From assembly GCF_022846255.1 (NCBI RefSeq), contig NZ_AP025682.1: a DNA stretch of 64,000 nt; one strand, given 5' to 3'. The position numbers and the translations under genes are program-made. This stretch comes from Escherichia coli (GTDB lineage Bacteria > Pseudomonadota > Gammaproteobacteria > Enterobacterales > Enterobacteriaceae). Positions 11,593 through 22,786 of the stretch are shown in pieces; the first letter of the stretch is position 1; every line of letters begins with the position of its first letter. Under the pieces are notes generated by a model that was not told where the DNA came from, did not search any database, and saw only the letters and a program-made list of their open reading frames with translations.

Positions 11593-12579
11593 GTGAACAG
11601 ACGTAATTTTATTAAAGCAGCCTCCTGCGGGGCATTGCTGACGGGCGCGCTGCCGTCTGTCAGTCATGCGGCTGCTGAAAACCGCCCGCCAATTCCGGGA
11701 TCGCTGGGGATGTTGTACGACTCGACCTTGTGCGTAGGCTGTCAGGCTTGCGTCACCAAGTGTCAGGATATCAACTTCCCTGAACGTAACCCGCAAGGGG
11801 AACAGACCTGGTCGAACAACGACAAACTGTCGCCGTATACCAATAACATCATTCAGGTGTGGACCAGCGGCACAGGGGTCAACAAAGACCAGGAGGAGAA
11901 TGGCTACGCGTACATTAAGAAACAGTGTATGCACTGCGTCGATCCGAACTGTGTCTCTGTGTGCCCGGTCTCTGCGCTGAAAAAAGATCCGAAAACCGGC
12001 ATTGTCCATTACGACAAAGATGTGTGCACCGGCTGCCGTTACTGCATGGTCGCCTGCCCATACAACGTGCCGAAGTACGACTACAACAACCCGTTTGGTG
12101 CGCTGCATAAGTGCGAGTTGTGCAACCAGAAAGGTGTGGAACGTCTCGATAAAGGCGGTCTGCCTGGCTGCGTAGAAGTGTGCCCGGCGGGCGCGGTGAT
12201 TTTTGGTACGCGTGAAGAGCTGATGGCGGAGGCGAAAAAACGTCTGGCGCTGAAGCCGGGCAGCGAATACCACTATCCGCGTCAGACGCTGAAATCTGGC
12301 GACACTTACCTGCATACGGTGCCGAAATATTATCCGCATCTGTACGGCGAGAAAGAGGGCGGCGGTACTCAGGTTCTGGTACTGACGGGTGTGCCTTATG
12401 AAAATCTCGACCTGCCGAAACTGGACGATCTTTCTACTGGTGCGCGTTCCGAACATGTCCAACACACCCTGTATAAAGGCATGATGCTACCACTGGCTGT
12501 GCTGGCGGGCTTAACCGTGCTGGTTCGTCGCAACACTAAAAACGACCATCACGACGGAGGAGACGATCATGAGTCATGA
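11593..12579 (+). CDS. hybA: Hydrogenase 2 4Fe-4S ferredoxin-type subunit, 328 aa
   Basis: GTG start; RRNF Tat motif; multiple CxxCxxCxxxCP ferredoxin motifs. Confidence 0.95.
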   Translation: MNRRNFIKAASCGALLTGALPSVSHAAAENRPPIPGSLGMLYDSTLCVGCQACVTKCQDINFPERNPQGEQTWSNNDKLSPYTNNIIQVWTSGTGVNKDQEENGYAYIKKQCMHCVDPNCVSVCPVSALKKDPKTGIVHYDKDVCTGCRYCMVACPYNVPKYDYNNPFGALHKCELCNQKGVERLDKGGLPGCVEVCPAGAVIFGTREELMAEAKKRLALKPGSEYHYPRQTLKSGDTYLHTVPKYYPHLYGEKEGGGTQVLVLTGVPYENLDLPKLDDLSTGARSEHVQHTLYKGMMLPLAVLAGLTVLVRRNTKNDHHDGGDDHES

Positions 12580-13747
12580 TCCACAACCGCTGGGCGGCAA
12601 AATCATCAGTAAACCGGTCATGATTTTTGGACCGTTAATCGTCATCTGTATGCTCCTGATTGTGAAGCGTCTGGTGTTCGGTCTGGGCTCTGTCTCCGAC
12701 CTGAACGGCGGCTTCCCGTGGGGCGTGTGGATCGCGTTTGACCTGCTGATCGGTACCGGCTTTGCCTGTGGCGGCTGGGCGCTGGCGTGGGCAGTATACG
12801 TCTTTAACCGTGGGCAATACCATCCGCTGGTGCGTCCGGCGCTGTTGGCGAGTCTGTTTGGTTATTCACTGGGTGGCTTGTCGATCACTATCGACGTGGG
12901 TCGCTACTGGAACCTGCCGTACTTCTACATTCCGGGTCACTTCAACGTGAACTCGGTACTGTTCGAGACGGCGGTCTGTATGACCATCTACATCGGTGTG
13001 ATGGCACTGGAGTTTGCTCCGGCATTGTTTGAACGTCTGGGCTGGAAGCTGTCACTCAAACGTCTGAACAAGGTGATGTTCTTTATCATCGCGCTTGGTG
13101 CGCTGCTGCCAACTATGCACCAGTCTTCAATGGGATCGCTGATGATCTCGGCGGGCTACAAGGTGCATCCGCTGTGGCAAAGCTATGAAATGTTGCCGCT
13201 GTTCTCGCTGCTGACGGCGTTCATCATGGGCTTCTCGATTGTCATCTTTGAAGGTTCGTTGGTGCAGGCGGGTCTGCGTGGCAACGGTCCGGATGAAAAG
13301 AGTCTGTTCGTTAAGCTGACCAACACCATCAGTGTGTTGCTGGCGATTTTCATCGTGCTGCGCTTTGGCGAGCTTATCTATCGCGACAAGCTGTCGTTAG
13401 CGTTTGCCGGTGACTTCTACTCCGTGATGTTCTGGATTGAAGTCCTGCTGATGCTCTTCCCGCTGGTCGTTCTGCGTGTGGCGAAGTTGCGTAATGATTC
13501 CCGCATGCTGTTCCTGTCAGCACTGAGTGCACTGTTAGGTTGTGCAACCTGGCGTCTGACCTATTCGCTGGTGGCATTCAACCCGGGTGGCGGTTACGCC
13601 TACTTCCCGACCTGGGAAGAACTGTTGATTTCTATTGGTTTTGTGGCTATTGAGATTTGCGCTTATATCGTACTCATTCGTCTACTGCCGATACTTCCTC
13701 CTTTAAAACAAAACGATCATAATCGTCATGAGGCGAGCAAAGCATGA
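12569..13747 (+). CDS. hybB: Hydrogenase 2 integral membrane (cytochrome b-type) subunit, 392 aa
   Basis: Polytopic hydrophobic protein; overlaps hybA stop by 11 nt. Confidence 0.93.
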   Translation: MSHDPQPLGGKIISKPVMIFGPLIVICMLLIVKRLVFGLGSVSDLNGGFPWGVWIAFDLLIGTGFACGGWALAWAVYVFNRGQYHPLVRPALLASLFGYSLGGLSITIDVGRYWNLPYFYIPGHFNVNSVLFETAVCMTIYIGVMALEFAPALFERLGWKLSLKRLNKVMFFIIALGALLPTMHQSSMGSLMISAGYKVHPLWQSYEMLPLFSLLTAFIMGFSIVIFEGSLVQAGLRGNGPDEKSLFVKLTNTISVLLAIFIVLRFGELIYRDKLSLAFAGDFYSVMFWIEVLLMLFPLVVLRVAKLRNDSRMLFLSALSALLGCATWRLTYSLVAFNPGGGYAYFPTWEELLISIGFVAIEICAYIVLIRLLPILPPLKQNDHNRHEASKA

Positions 13748-15447
13748 GCCAGAGAATTACTATTGATCCGGTAACCCGTATTGAAGGGCATTTACGCATC
13801 GATTGCGAAATCGAAAATGGCGTCGTTTCGAAAGCATGGGCTTCCGGTACCATGTGGCGCGGCATGGAAGAGATCGTGAAAAACCGCGATCCGCGCGATG
13901 CATGGATGATTGTGCAACGTATCTGTGGCGTATGTACTACCACTCACGCGCTGTCTTCCGTTCGTGCGGCAGAAAGTGCGCTGAATATCGACGTTCCGGT
14001 TAACGCGCAATACATCCGTAACATCATTCTGGCTGCGCACACCACGCATGACCATATTGTTCATTTCTATCAGCTTTCGGCGCTGGACTGGGTGGACATC
14101 ACTTCTGCACTGCAAGCCGATCCGACCAAAGCCTCCGAAATGCTGAAAGGCGTTTCGACCTGGCATCTGAACAGCCCGGAAGAGTTCACCAAAGTTCAGA
14201 ACAAGATCAAAGATCTGGTTGCCAGCGGTCAGTTGGGTATTTTCGCCAATGGCTACTGGGGTCACCCGGCAATGAAACTGCCGCCGGAAGTGAACCTGAT
14301 TGCGGTAGCGCACTACCTGCAGGCGCTGGAGTGCCAGCGTGACGCTAACCGCGTTGTGGCGCTGCTGGGCGGTAAAACGCCGCATATTCAGAACCTGGCG
14401 GTAGGTGGTGTCGCGAACCCGATCAACCTCGACGGTCTGGGTGTGCTGAACCTTGAGCGCCTGATGTACATCAAGTCCTTCATCGACAAGCTGAGCGACT
14501 TTGTTGAGCAGGTTTACAAGGTTGATACTGCAGTTATCGCTGCGTTCTACCCGGAATGGCTGACGCGCGGTAAAGGTGCGGTGAACTACCTGAGCGTGCC
14601 GGAATTCCCGACCGACAGTAAAAATGGCAGCTTCCTGTTCCCGGGCGGCTACATTGAGAATGCGGATCTGTCCTCGTATCGTCCGATCACTTCTCATTCC
14701 GATGAATACCTGATCAAAGGGATTCAGGAAAGCGCGAAGCACTCCTGGTATAAAGACGAAGCGCCGCAGGCACCGTGGGAAGGTACCACCATTCCGGCTT
14801 ATGATGGTTGGTCTGACGACGGTAAATATTCCTGGGTGAAATCACCGACTTTCTACGGCAAAACGGTAGAAGTGGGTCCGCTGGCTAACATGCTGGTGAA
14901 ACTGGCGGCAGGACGCGAGTCTACCCAGAACAAACTGAATGAAATCGTTGCGATTTATCAGAAACTGACTGGCAACACGCTGGAAGTGGCGCAGCTGCAC
15001 TCCACGCTGGGCCGTATTATTGGTCGTACCGTTCACTGCTGTGAATTGCAGGATATCCTGCAAAATCAATACAGTGCACTGATCACCAATATCGGCAAAG
15101 GCGATCACACCACCTTTGTGAAGCCGAACATTCCGGCAACGGGTGAGTTCAAAGGCGTAGGCTTCCTCGAAGCACCGCGCGGTATGCTCTCTCACTGGAT
15201 GGTGATCAAAGACGGTATTATCAGTAACTACCAGGCGGTTGTTCCATCAACCTGGAACTCTGGCCCGCGTAACTTCAATGATGACGTCGGTCCTTACGAG
15301 CAGTCGCTGGTGGGTACACCGGTTGCCGATCCGAATAAACCGCTGGAAGTGGTGCGTACCATTCACTCCTTCGACCCGTGCATGGCCTGTGCGGTACACG
15401 TAGTGGATGCCGACGGCAACGAAGTGGTTTCAGTGAAGGTTCTGTAA
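13744..15447 (+). CDS. hybC: Hydrogenase 2 [NiFe] large subunit, 567 aa
   Basis: N-terminal RICGVCTTTH and C-terminal DPCMACAVH Ni-binding Cys motifs. Confidence 0.95.
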   Translation: MSQRITIDPVTRIEGHLRIDCEIENGVVSKAWASGTMWRGMEEIVKNRDPRDAWMIVQRICGVCTTTHALSSVRAAESALNIDVPVNAQYIRNIILAAHTTHDHIVHFYQLSALDWVDITSALQADPTKASEMLKGVSTWHLNSPEEFTKVQNKIKDLVASGQLGIFANGYWGHPAMKLPPEVNLIAVAHYLQALECQRDANRVVALLGGKTPHIQNLAVGGVANPINLDGLGVLNLERLMYIKSFIDKLSDFVEQVYKVDTAVIAAFYPEWLTRGKGAVNYLSVPEFPTDSKNGSFLFPGGYIENADLSSYRPITSHSDEYLIKGIQESAKHSWYKDEAPQAPWEGTTIPAYDGWSDDGKYSWVKSPTFYGKTVEVGPLANMLVKLAAGRESTQNKLNEIVAIYQKLTGNTLEVAQLHSTLGRIIGRTVHCCELQDILQNQYSALITNIGKGDHTTFVKPNIPATGEFKGVGFLEAPRGMLSHWMVIKDGIISNYQAVVPSTWNSGPRNFNDDVGPYEQSLVGTPVADPNKPLEVVRTIHSFDPCMACAVHVVDADGNEVVSVKVL

Positions 15448-15941
15448 TGCGTATTTTAGTCTTAGGGGTCGGCAATATTTTGCTGACCGATGAAGCCATC
15501 GGTGTGCGGATTGTTGAAGCGTTAGAGCAACGATACATTCTGCCGGATTATGTTGAGATCCTCGATGGCGGCACGGCGGGAATGGAGCTGCTTGGCGACA
15601 TGGCAAATCGCGATCATCTGATTATTGCGGATGCCATTGTGTCGAAAAAGAACGCACCGGGAACGATGATGATCCTGCGGGATGAAGAAGTTCCGGCGTT
15701 GTTTACCAACAAAATCTCTCCGCATCAGCTTGGCCTGGCCGACGTATTGTCGGCCCTGCGCTTCACCGGCGAGTTTCCGAAAAAGCTGACCCTGGTCGGC
15801 GTGATCCCGGAATCACTGGAGCCGCACATCGGTTTGACGCCGACGGTCGAAGCGATGATTGAACCTGCGCTTGAGCAGGTTTTGGCTGCGCTGCGCGAAT
15901 CAGGCGTGGAAGCTATCCCACGGGAGGCGACTCATGACTGA
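15447..15941 (+). CDS. hybD: Hydrogenase 2 maturation endopeptidase, 164 aa
   Basis: ORF-track 187 aa trimmed to MRILVLGVGN; ATG overlaps hybC stop (TAATG). Confidence 0.9.
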   Translation: MRILVLGVGNILLTDEAIGVRIVEALEQRYILPDYVEILDGGTAGMELLGDMANRDHLIIADAIVSKKNAPGTMMILRDEEVPALFTNKISPHQLGLADVLSALRFTGEFPKKLTLVGVIPESLEPHIGLTPTVEAMIEPALEQVLAALRESGVEAIPREATHD

Positions 15942-16422
15942 AGAGATAGCAGGTTTCCAGACCTCCCCGAAGGTGCAAGTACAGGCAGCTTTTGAAGAAA
16001 TTGCCCGGCGTTCGATGCATGATCTCTCTTTTCTGCATCCTTCAATGCCGGTGTATGTTTCTGACTTTACGCTGTTCGAAGGTCAGTGGACGGGGTGTGT
16101 GATCACCCCGTGGATGCTGAGTGCAGTTATCTTCCCCGGCCCGGATCAACTCTGGCCGCTGCGCAAAGTGAGTGAAAAAATTGGTCTGCAACTGCCGTAT
16201 GGCACTATGACCTTTACTGTTGGTGAACTGGATGGTGTTTCGCAATACCTCTCCTGCTCGCTGATGTCGCCGCTTTCGCACAGCATGTCGATTGAAGAGG
16301 GCCAACGGCTGACGGATGACTGCGCCCGAATGATCCTTTCGCTGCCAGTCACCAATCCGGATGTACCACACGCAGGGCGTCGTGCCCTGCTATTTGGCCG
16401 CAGGAGTGGCGAAAATGCATGA
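15934..16422 (+). CDS. hybE: Hydrogenase 2-specific chaperone, 162 aa
   Basis: ORF-track 187 aa trimmed to MTEEIAGFQ; 8-nt overlap with hybD. Confidence 0.88.
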   Translation: MTEEIAGFQTSPKVQVQAAFEEIARRSMHDLSFLHPSMPVYVSDFTLFEGQWTGCVITPWMLSAVIFPGPDQLWPLRKVSEKIGLQLPYGTMTFTVGELDGVSQYLSCSLMSPLSHSMSIEEGQRLTDDCARMILSLPVTNPDVPHAGRRALLFGRRSGENA

Positions 16423-16756
16423 GTTGTCGCTTTGCCAGAGCGCCGTTGAAATTATCCAACGGCAGGCGGAGCAGCACGATGTTAAGCGCGTCACCGCCGT
16501 GTGGCTGGAAATTGGTGCACTCTCCTGCGTTGAGGAGAGCGCCGTCCGTTTTAGTTTTGAAATTGTCTGCCACGGAACGGTAGCGCAAGGGTGCGATTTA
16601 CATATCGTCTATAAACCCGCCCAGGCCTGGTGTTGGGATTGCAGCCAGGTGGTGGAGATTCATCAGCACGATGCGCAGTGTCCGATCTGTCATGGCGAGC
16701 GGTTGCGTGTCGATACCGGCGATTCGCTAATCGTCAAAAGTATTGAAGTTGAATAA
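16415..16756 (+). CDS. hybF: Hydrogenase nickel-insertion protein (HypA paralogue), 113 aa
   Basis: ORF-track 131 aa trimmed to MHELSLCQSAVEI; CxxC...CxxC zinc motif. Confidence 0.9.
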   Translation: MHELSLCQSAVEIIQRQAEQHDVKRVTAVWLEIGALSCVEESAVRFSFEIVCHGTVAQGCDLHIVYKPAQAWCWDCSQVVEIHQHDAQCPICHGERLRVDTGDSLIVKSIEVE

Positions 16757-16768
16757 CCGGAGTTAACA

Positions 16769-17017
16769 ATGTGTATTGGCGTTCCAGGCCAGGTGCTGGC
16801 TGTCGGTGAAGATATTCACCAGCTTGCGCAGGTTGAAGTATGTGGTATCAAGCGCGACGTGAATATCGCCCTGATTTGTGAAGGTAACCCTGCCGATCTG
16901 CTGGGCCAGTGGGTACTGGTACACGTCGGATTTGCCATGAGCATTATCGATGAAGACGAAGCCAAAGCCACATTAGACGCACTGCGCCAAATGGATTACG
17001 ACATTACCAGCGCGTGA
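16769..17017 (+). CDS. hybG: Hydrogenase maturation factor (HypC family), 82 aa
   Basis: [10 protein letters not shown]-terminus typical of HypC/HybG. Confidence 0.93.
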
Positions 17018-17028
17018 TGATTAGCTTT

Positions 17029-17114
17029 TGTAGGCCTGATAAGACGCGGCAGCGTCGCATCAGGCATTGTGCTCGATTGCCGGATGCGGCGTGAACGCCT
17101 TATCCGGCCTACAT
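17029..17114. repeat. REP/BIME element (two inverted REP units)
   Basis: Classic REP sequences gccggatgcggcgtgaacgccttatccggcctac and taggcctgataagacgcggcagcgtcgcatcaggc. Confidence 0.85.
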
Positions 17115-17149
17115 TGGTCTGGATGGCTTGCTGCGACGAACGCTAACCA

Positions 17150-18016
17150 TTACCCCTGACGCTTATCTTCCGTATTCGTCTCGAAATCACTGGCGTCATG
17201 GCGTTCATGCAACTGCTCGTTCAGCGGTCCGTTGATGCGGTTAACAATACGCCCACGCTTCACTGCCGGACGTTCGCCCACTTCTTTCGCCCAGCGTTGT
17301 ACATGCTTATAACTGCCCGCATCAAGAAACTCTGCGGCATCATATACGCCGCCTAACACCACATTGCCAAACCATGGCCAAATCGCCATATCCGCAATGG
17401 TGTACTCATCGCCCGCAACAAACTTATGCTGCGCCAGTTGCTTATCCAGCACGTCGAGAAGGCGCTTGGCTTCCATAGTAAAGCGGTTGATGGCGTACTC
17501 AATTTTCACCGGTGCGTAATGGTAAAAGTGACCAAAACCACCGCCGAGGAACGGTGCCGCGCCCTGTAACCAGAACAGCCAGCTCATTGCTTCAGTACGT
17601 TTCGCCAGATCCTGCGGCAAGAAGTAGCCAAATTTCTCTGCCAGATAAAGCAGAATCGATCCAGACTCAAACACGCGGATCGGCGGATTATGGGTATGAT
17701 CGCGCAATGCCGGGATCTTCGAATTTGGGTTCACTTCGACAAAGCCGCTGGAGAATTGATCGCCATCGCCAATACGTATCAGCCAGGCGTCATACTCTGC
17801 ACCAGTAACGCCCAGCGCCAGCAGCTCCTCAAGCATAATCGTTACTTTCTGACCGTTCGGCGTTCCCAGCGAATAAAGTTGCAATGGATGTTTGCCCACC
17901 GGCAGCGTTTTTTCATGCGTCGGACCAGAAACCGGGCGATTGATACTGGCGAACGCGCCGCCAGCGGATTTATCCCACGTCCAGACTTTCGCGGGCTGAT
18001 AAGTATTGTCTGTCAT
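17150..18016 (-). CDS. yghU: GST-like disulfide-bond reductase, 288 aa
   Basis: ORF-track 304 aa trimmed to MTDNTYQPAKVWTWDKS. Confidence 0.9.
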   Translation of the reverse strand: MTDNTYQPAKVWTWDKSAGGAFASINRPVSGPTHEKTLPVGKHPLQLYSLGTPNGQKVTIMLEELLALGVTGAEYDAWLIRIGDGDQFSSGFVEVNPNSKIPALRDHTHNPPIRVFESGSILLYLAEKFGYFLPQDLAKRTEAMSWLFWLQGAAPFLGGGFGHFYHYAPVKIEYAINRFTMEAKRLLDVLDKQLAQHKFVAGDEYTIADMAIWPWFGNVVLGGVYDAAEFLDAGSYKHVQRWAKEVGERPAVKRGRIVNRINGPLNEQLHERHDASDFETNTEDKRQG

Positions 18017-18220
18017 AGTGAGTTGCCTTCTGAGTGGTAGTGTTGAAGCAGTGTAGCAGGTCACTTGCTGTACAGAATGTGAATTTTTTAACCCTTTGCG
18101 CCAGCCGCTGCGATGAGGTGTATGATTAGTCTGACCTCTGTCCGGTTAATGTCGCTGAGCAGGTAATCAGAGCACAACAATTACGCCAACTGCTTAGGTT
18201 GTATTGTTAAAGGTAAAGTG

Positions 18221-20080
18221 ATGAGCAAAGGAACGACCAGCCAGGATGCCCCGTTCGGGACATTATTGGGCTACGCCCCAGGTGGGGTAGCAATCTACTC
18301 TTCAGATTACAGTTCTCTCGATCCGCAGGAATACGAAGATGACGCCGTATTCCGTAGCTATATCGACGATGAATATATGGGCCACAAATGGCAATGCGTT
18401 GAATTTGCTCGCCGTTTTCTCTTTCTGAACTACGGTGTAGTCTTCACTGACGTGGGTATGGCATGGGAGATTTTCTCACTGCGCTTCCTGCGTGAAGTGG
18501 TCAATGACAACATCCTGCCATTGCAGGCATTTCCTAACGGTTCGCCGCGTGCACCGGTAGCGGGGGCGCTTCTTATCTGGGATAAAGGCGGTGAATTTAA
18601 AGACACTGGCCATGTCGCCATCATTACCCAATTGCATGGCAACAAAGTCCGTATTGCGGAACAGAACGTGATTCATACCCCGTTGCCGCAAGGGCAACAG
18701 TGGACACGCGAGCTGGAGATGGTGGTCGAAAACGGCGGCTATATCCTGAAAGACACCTTCGATGACACCACTATTCTGGGCTGGATGATCCAGACGGAAG
18801 ATACCGAATACAGCTTGCCACAGCCGGAAATTGCAGGCGAACTGCTGAAAATCAGCGGGGCGCGTCTGGAAAACAAAGGCCAGTTTGACGGTAAATGGCT
18901 GGATGAAAAAGATCCGCTGCAAAACGCCTATGTACAGGCCAACGGTCAGGTGATCAATCAGGATCCGTATCATTACTACACCATTACCGAGAGCGCCGAG
19001 CAGGAGCTGATTAAAGCCACCAACGAGCTGCACCTGATGTATCTTCACGCCACCGACAAGGTGCTGAAAGATGACAACCTGCTGGCGTTGTTCGACATTC
19101 CGAAAATCCTCTGGCCACGTTTGCGTCTCTCCTGGCAGCGTCGCCGTCACCATATGATCACCGGTCGTATGGATTTCTGCATGGATGAACGTGGCCTGAA
19201 AGTCTACGAATACAACGCCGATTCTGCCTCCTGTCATACCGAAGCGGGCTTGATCCTCGAACGTTGGGCGGAGCAGGGCTATAAAGGCAACGGCTTCAAT
19301 CCTGCGGAAGGGCTGATTAACGAACTGGCTGGTGCCTGGAAACACAGTCGCGCGCGTCCGTTTGTCCATATCATGCAGGACAAAGATATTGAAGAGAACT
19401 ATCACGCTCAGTTTATGGAGCAGGCGCTGCAACAGGCGGGCTTTGAAACGCGTATCTTGCGCGGGCTAGATGAACTGGGCTGGGATGCTGCCGGGCAACT
19501 GATTGATGGGGAAGGGCGACTGGTTAACTGTGTGTGGAAAACCTGGGCGTGGGAAACCGCGTTTGATCAGATTCGTGAAGTTAGCGACCGTGAGTTTGCT
19601 GCGGTGCCGATCCGTACCGGTCATCCGCAAAATGAAGTGCGTCTTATCGACGTATTGCTGCGCCCGGAAGTGCTGGTCTTTGAGCCGCTGTGGACGGTGA
19701 TCCCCGGCAACAAAGCGATTCTGCCGATCCTCTGGTCGCTGTTCCCGCACCATCGTTACCTGCTGGATACCGATTTCACTGTTAATGATGAACTGGTGAA
19801 AACCGGCTACGCGGTGAAACCAATTGCCGGTCGCTGTGGTAGCAATATCGACCTCGTCAGCCATCATGAAGAGGTGCTCGATCAGACTAGCGGTAAATTT
19901 GCCGAGCAGAAAAACATCTATCAGCAACTGTGGTGTTTGCCGAAAGTGGACGGTAAATACATTCAGGTATGTACTTTCACCGTTGGCGGCAACTACGGTG
20001 GGACGTGTTTGCGCGGTGATGAATCACTGGTCATCAAAAAAGAGAGTGATATTGAACCGTTAATTGTGGTGAAAGAGTAA
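18221..20080 (+). CDS. gss: Bifunctional glutathionylspermidine synthetase/amidase, 619 aa
   Basis: MSKGTTSQDAPFGTLLGYAPGGV N-terminus; N-terminal CHAP amidase and C-terminal ATP-grasp-like region. Confidence 0.93.
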   Translation: MSKGTTSQDAPFGTLLGYAPGGVAIYSSDYSSLDPQEYEDDAVFRSYIDDEYMGHKWQCVEFARRFLFLNYGVVFTDVGMAWEIFSLRFLREVVNDNILPLQAFPNGSPRAPVAGALLIWDKGGEFKDTGHVAIITQLHGNKVRIAEQNVIHTPLPQGQQWTRELEMVVENGGYILKDTFDDTTILGWMIQTEDTEYSLPQPEIAGELLKISGARLENKGQFDGKWLDEKDPLQNAYVQANGQVINQDPYHYYTITESAEQELIKATNELHLMYLHATDKVLKDDNLLALFDIPKILWPRLRLSWQRRRHHMITGRMDFCMDERGLKVYEYNADSASCHTEAGLILERWAEQGYKGNGFNPAEGLINELAGAWKHSRARPFVHIMQDKDIEENYHAQFMEQALQQAGFETRILRGLDELGWDAAGQLIDGEGRLVNCVWKTWAWETAFDQIREVSDREFAAVPIRTGHPQNEVRLIDVLLRPEVLVFEPLWTVIPGNKAILPILWSLFPHHRYLLDTDFTVNDELVKTGYAVKPIAGRCGSNIDLVSHHEEVLDQTSGKFAEQKNIYQQLWCLPKVDGKYIQVCTFTVGGNYGGTCLRGDESLVIKKESDIEPLIVVKE

Positions 20081-20095
20081 TACATGTTGTAGCAA

Positions 20096-20130
20096 CCCCG
20101 TACTGATTATGAAGAATAATCAGTACGGGG
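20096..20130. terminator. Strong hairpin terminator after gss
   Basis: 15-bp perfect stem ccccgtactgattat / ataatcagtacgggg, 5-nt loop. Confidence 0.65.
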
Positions 20131-20371
20131 ATTAATCAAAATATTCAATATTTATATATTTCAATATTTATTCATTTCATATATGAATATATTAACAAGT
20201 GAAATACCTGTGTTTTGATTATTTCTAAAGGTTTTGAATGAAGGCTTATTGTCTGATACACAAGAAATAACACGCTTTTTATCGTTAAAAAATGATATTT
20301 CACTTTGCCCACGCCGTGAAAGTCACTGATAATGCCTCCGTTCGTAAATTCAAAATGGCGTAATCTAATAT

Positions 20372-21871
20372 ATGCTAAATTTATTTGTTGGCCTTGATAT
20401 ATATACGGGGCTTTTGTTATTACTTGCTCTGGCATTTGTGTTGTTCTATGAAGCAATCAATGGTTTTCATGACACGGCGAATGCGGTGGCAACCGTTATT
20501 TATACCCGTGCCATGCAACCACAGCTTGCTGTGGTCATGGCGGCATTTTTTAACTTTTTTGGCGTATTGCTTGGCGGGCTTAGCGTTGCCTATGCCATCG
20601 TCCATATGTTGCCAACCGATTTGTTGCTGAATATGGGGTCAACCCACGGTCTGGCGATGGTCTTTTCCATGCTGCTGGCGGCGATTATCTGGAACCTGGG
20701 AACGTGGTTCTTTGGTTTACCGGCCTCCAGTTCGCACACTTTGATTGGTGCGATTATCGGCATTGGTTTAACCAACGCGCTGTTAAATGGTTCGTCGGTG
20801 ATGGATGCGTTAAACCTGCGCGAAGTCACCAAGATTTTCTCTTCACTCATTGTCTCTCCCATCGTGGGGCTGGTGATTGCGGGGGGGCTAATTTTTCTGC
20901 TACGCCGTTTCTGGAGTGGGACGAAAAAGCGTGACCGTATTCATCGTATTCCTGAAGATCGCAAAAAGAAAAAAGGCAAACGTAAGCCGCCATTCTGGAC
21001 GCGTATTGCCCTCATTGTTTCCGCTGCGGGCGTGGCGTTTTCGCACGGCGCGAACGACGGGCAGAAAGGAATTGGTCTGGTGATGCTGGTGCTGGTGGGG
21101 ATTGCTCCCGCCGGGTTTGTCGTCAATATGAATGCGTCCGGCTATGAAATTACCCGTACCCGCGATGCCGTCACCAACTTCGAACACTACCTGCAACAGC
21201 ATCCTGAACTGCCGCAGAAGTTGATTACGATGGAACCTCCATTGCCTGCGACATCGACTGATGGCACGCAAGTAACAGAGTTTCACTGTCATCCGGCAAA
21301 TACCTTTGATGCGATTGCGCGCGTTAAAACGATGCTGCCAGGCAATATGGAAAGTTACGAGCCGTTAAGCGTGAGTCAGCGCAGCCAGCTGCGCCGCATT
21401 ATGCTGTGCATCTCTGATACCTCCGCGAAGCTGGCGAAACTGCCAGGCGTCAGTAAAGAAGACCAGAACCTGCTGAAAAAACTGCGCAGCGATATGTTAA
21501 GCACCATTGAGTACGCACCGGTATGGATCATCATGGCGGTAGCACTGGCGCTCGGCATCGGCACCATGATTGGCTGGCGTCGTGTAGCGATGACCATCGG
21601 TGAGAAGATTGGTAAGCGCGGCATGACGTATGCGCAAGGCATGGCGGCACAAATGACGGCGGCAGTGTCTATCGGCCTTGCCAGTTATATTGGGATGCCC
21701 GTCTCCACAACACACGTACTCTCGTCTGCAGTAGCAGGGACGATGGTGGTGGACGGCGGTGGGTTACAGCGTAAAACGGTAACCAGCATCCTGATGGCGT
21801 GGGTGTTTACTTTACCGGCGGCGATTTTTCTTTCTGGTGGGTTGTACTGGATAGCATTGCAGTTGATTTAA
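20372..21871 (+). CDS. pitB: Low-affinity inorganic phosphate transporter (PiT family), 499 aa
   Basis: ORF-track protein; polytopic; length and neighbours (gss, yghT) match E. coli pitB. Confidence 0.92.
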   Translation: MLNLFVGLDIYTGLLLLLALAFVLFYEAINGFHDTANAVATVIYTRAMQPQLAVVMAAFFNFFGVLLGGLSVAYAIVHMLPTDLLLNMGSTHGLAMVFSMLLAAIIWNLGTWFFGLPASSSHTLIGAIIGIGLTNALLNGSSVMDALNLREVTKIFSSLIVSPIVGLVIAGGLIFLLRRFWSGTKKRDRIHRIPEDRKKKKGKRKPPFWTRIALIVSAAGVAFSHGANDGQKGIGLVMLVLVGIAPAGFVVNMNASGYEITRTRDAVTNFEHYLQQHPELPQKLITMEPPLPATSTDGTQVTEFHCHPANTFDAIARVKTMLPGNMESYEPLSVSQRSQLRRIMLCISDTSAKLAKLPGVSKEDQNLLKKLRSDMLSTIEYAPVWIIMAVALALGIGTMIGWRRVAMTIGEKIGKRGMTYAQGMAAQMTAAVSIGLASYIGMPVSTTHVLSSAVAGTMVVDGGGLQRKTVTSILMAWVFTLPAAIFLSGGLYWIALQLI

Positions 21872-21880
21872 CCTTCCTGA

Positions 21881-21917
21881 AAATGCCCGGTCCTGGCGAT
21901 CGGGCATTTCCATTTTT
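21881..21917. terminator. Terminator hairpin between convergent pitB and yghT
   Basis: aaatgcccg / cgggcattt stem followed by ccattttt. Confidence 0.55.
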
Positions 21918-21919
21918 CA

Positions 21920-22612
21920 CTAGTGATAACCACGCGCGGTCATAAAATCCGTAATCGCTTTTTCTGCATCAACCAGCACCTTTTCCAGTGGCTGATTGGC
22001 GTCGATATCAACCAGTTGTGCACCACCAAAGGTTAACTGTGGCGTTATGGCAATCTTCCTCGCCAGCGATTCCCGTTTATGGTCGGGTTTACGCGCGCAG
22101 GCAACTTCAAGGTCAACATTGAGTTTGATGACCAGATCGGGCTTGTGGCTCGCCATCCAGTGAAATGCTTTACGTTCCTGACTTGCCAGCCATGAGACAA
22201 AACGACCACCTTCAACGTTAGGCGGAAACACCGTACCATCATAAGCGCCAGGAATCTGGTCCTGCGGATAACGGTCGGTTAAAACAATTAACCCGCGACG
22301 ACGACAGGCAAGCATATGACGAAAGCGCAGTAAGCGACGGGCGACAAACGCTGTAATTACCAGCGCCGGAACTGGTCCAGGCAATTTTTTTGCTGTTTTT
22401 ACCTGATTTCGTTCAATTGTTTTATGTAAGGATTTTCCCATCAACGGTAATTTTGTCACTGCACGACCGACATTTCCGGCCTGTTTTCCTAAATGAACTC
22501 TTTCGGCAGCACCATATTTTTCGACAACGGTAATAAGATGTTCACACACCGTTGACTTGCCTGAACCATCGCTACCAATAACGGCAATTAATGGAGGTAT
22601 TATTGACTGCAT
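21920..22612 (-). CDS. yghT: P-loop NTPase of unknown function (paralogue of yghS/yghR), 230 aa
   Basis: Walker [10 protein letters not shown]; shared TDRYPQ and ARKPDH motifs with yghS and yghR. Confidence 0.85.
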   Translation of the reverse strand: MQSIIPPLIAVIGSDGSGKSTVCEHLITVVEKYGAAERVHLGKQAGNVGRAVTKLPLMGKSLHKTIERNQVKTAKKLPGPVPALVITAFVARRLLRFRHMLACRRRGLIVLTDRYPQDQIPGAYDGTVFPPNVEGGRFVSWLASQERKAFHWMASHKPDLVIKLNVDLEVACARKPDHKRESLARKIAITPQLTFGGAQLVDIDANQPLEKVLVDAEKAITDFMTARGYH

Positions 22613-22786
22613 GAATATATCCTTAAATTTAAATATCCATCCAAAATATTTATTTGGTTAATATGTTTTTGATGAAAGCGTAATTCAGGTCAATGTCACA
22701 ATTAACCATTGTCACAATAAGGTTGAACGGATATTCTGAGCACGGACCACGTAATATTCAATACATTATTTGCTGCCGGGTTTTTC

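Noticed and set aside
13792-14742. 316-aa minus-strand ORF inside hybC
   Set aside because: Antisense to the [NiFe] hydrogenase large subunit; Arg/Val-rich composition typical of GC-rich antisense frames
20172-20456. 94-aa minus-strand ORF in the gss-pitB intergenic region
   Set aside because: Lies in AT-rich promoter DNA, overlaps the pitB start and has a low-complexity translation
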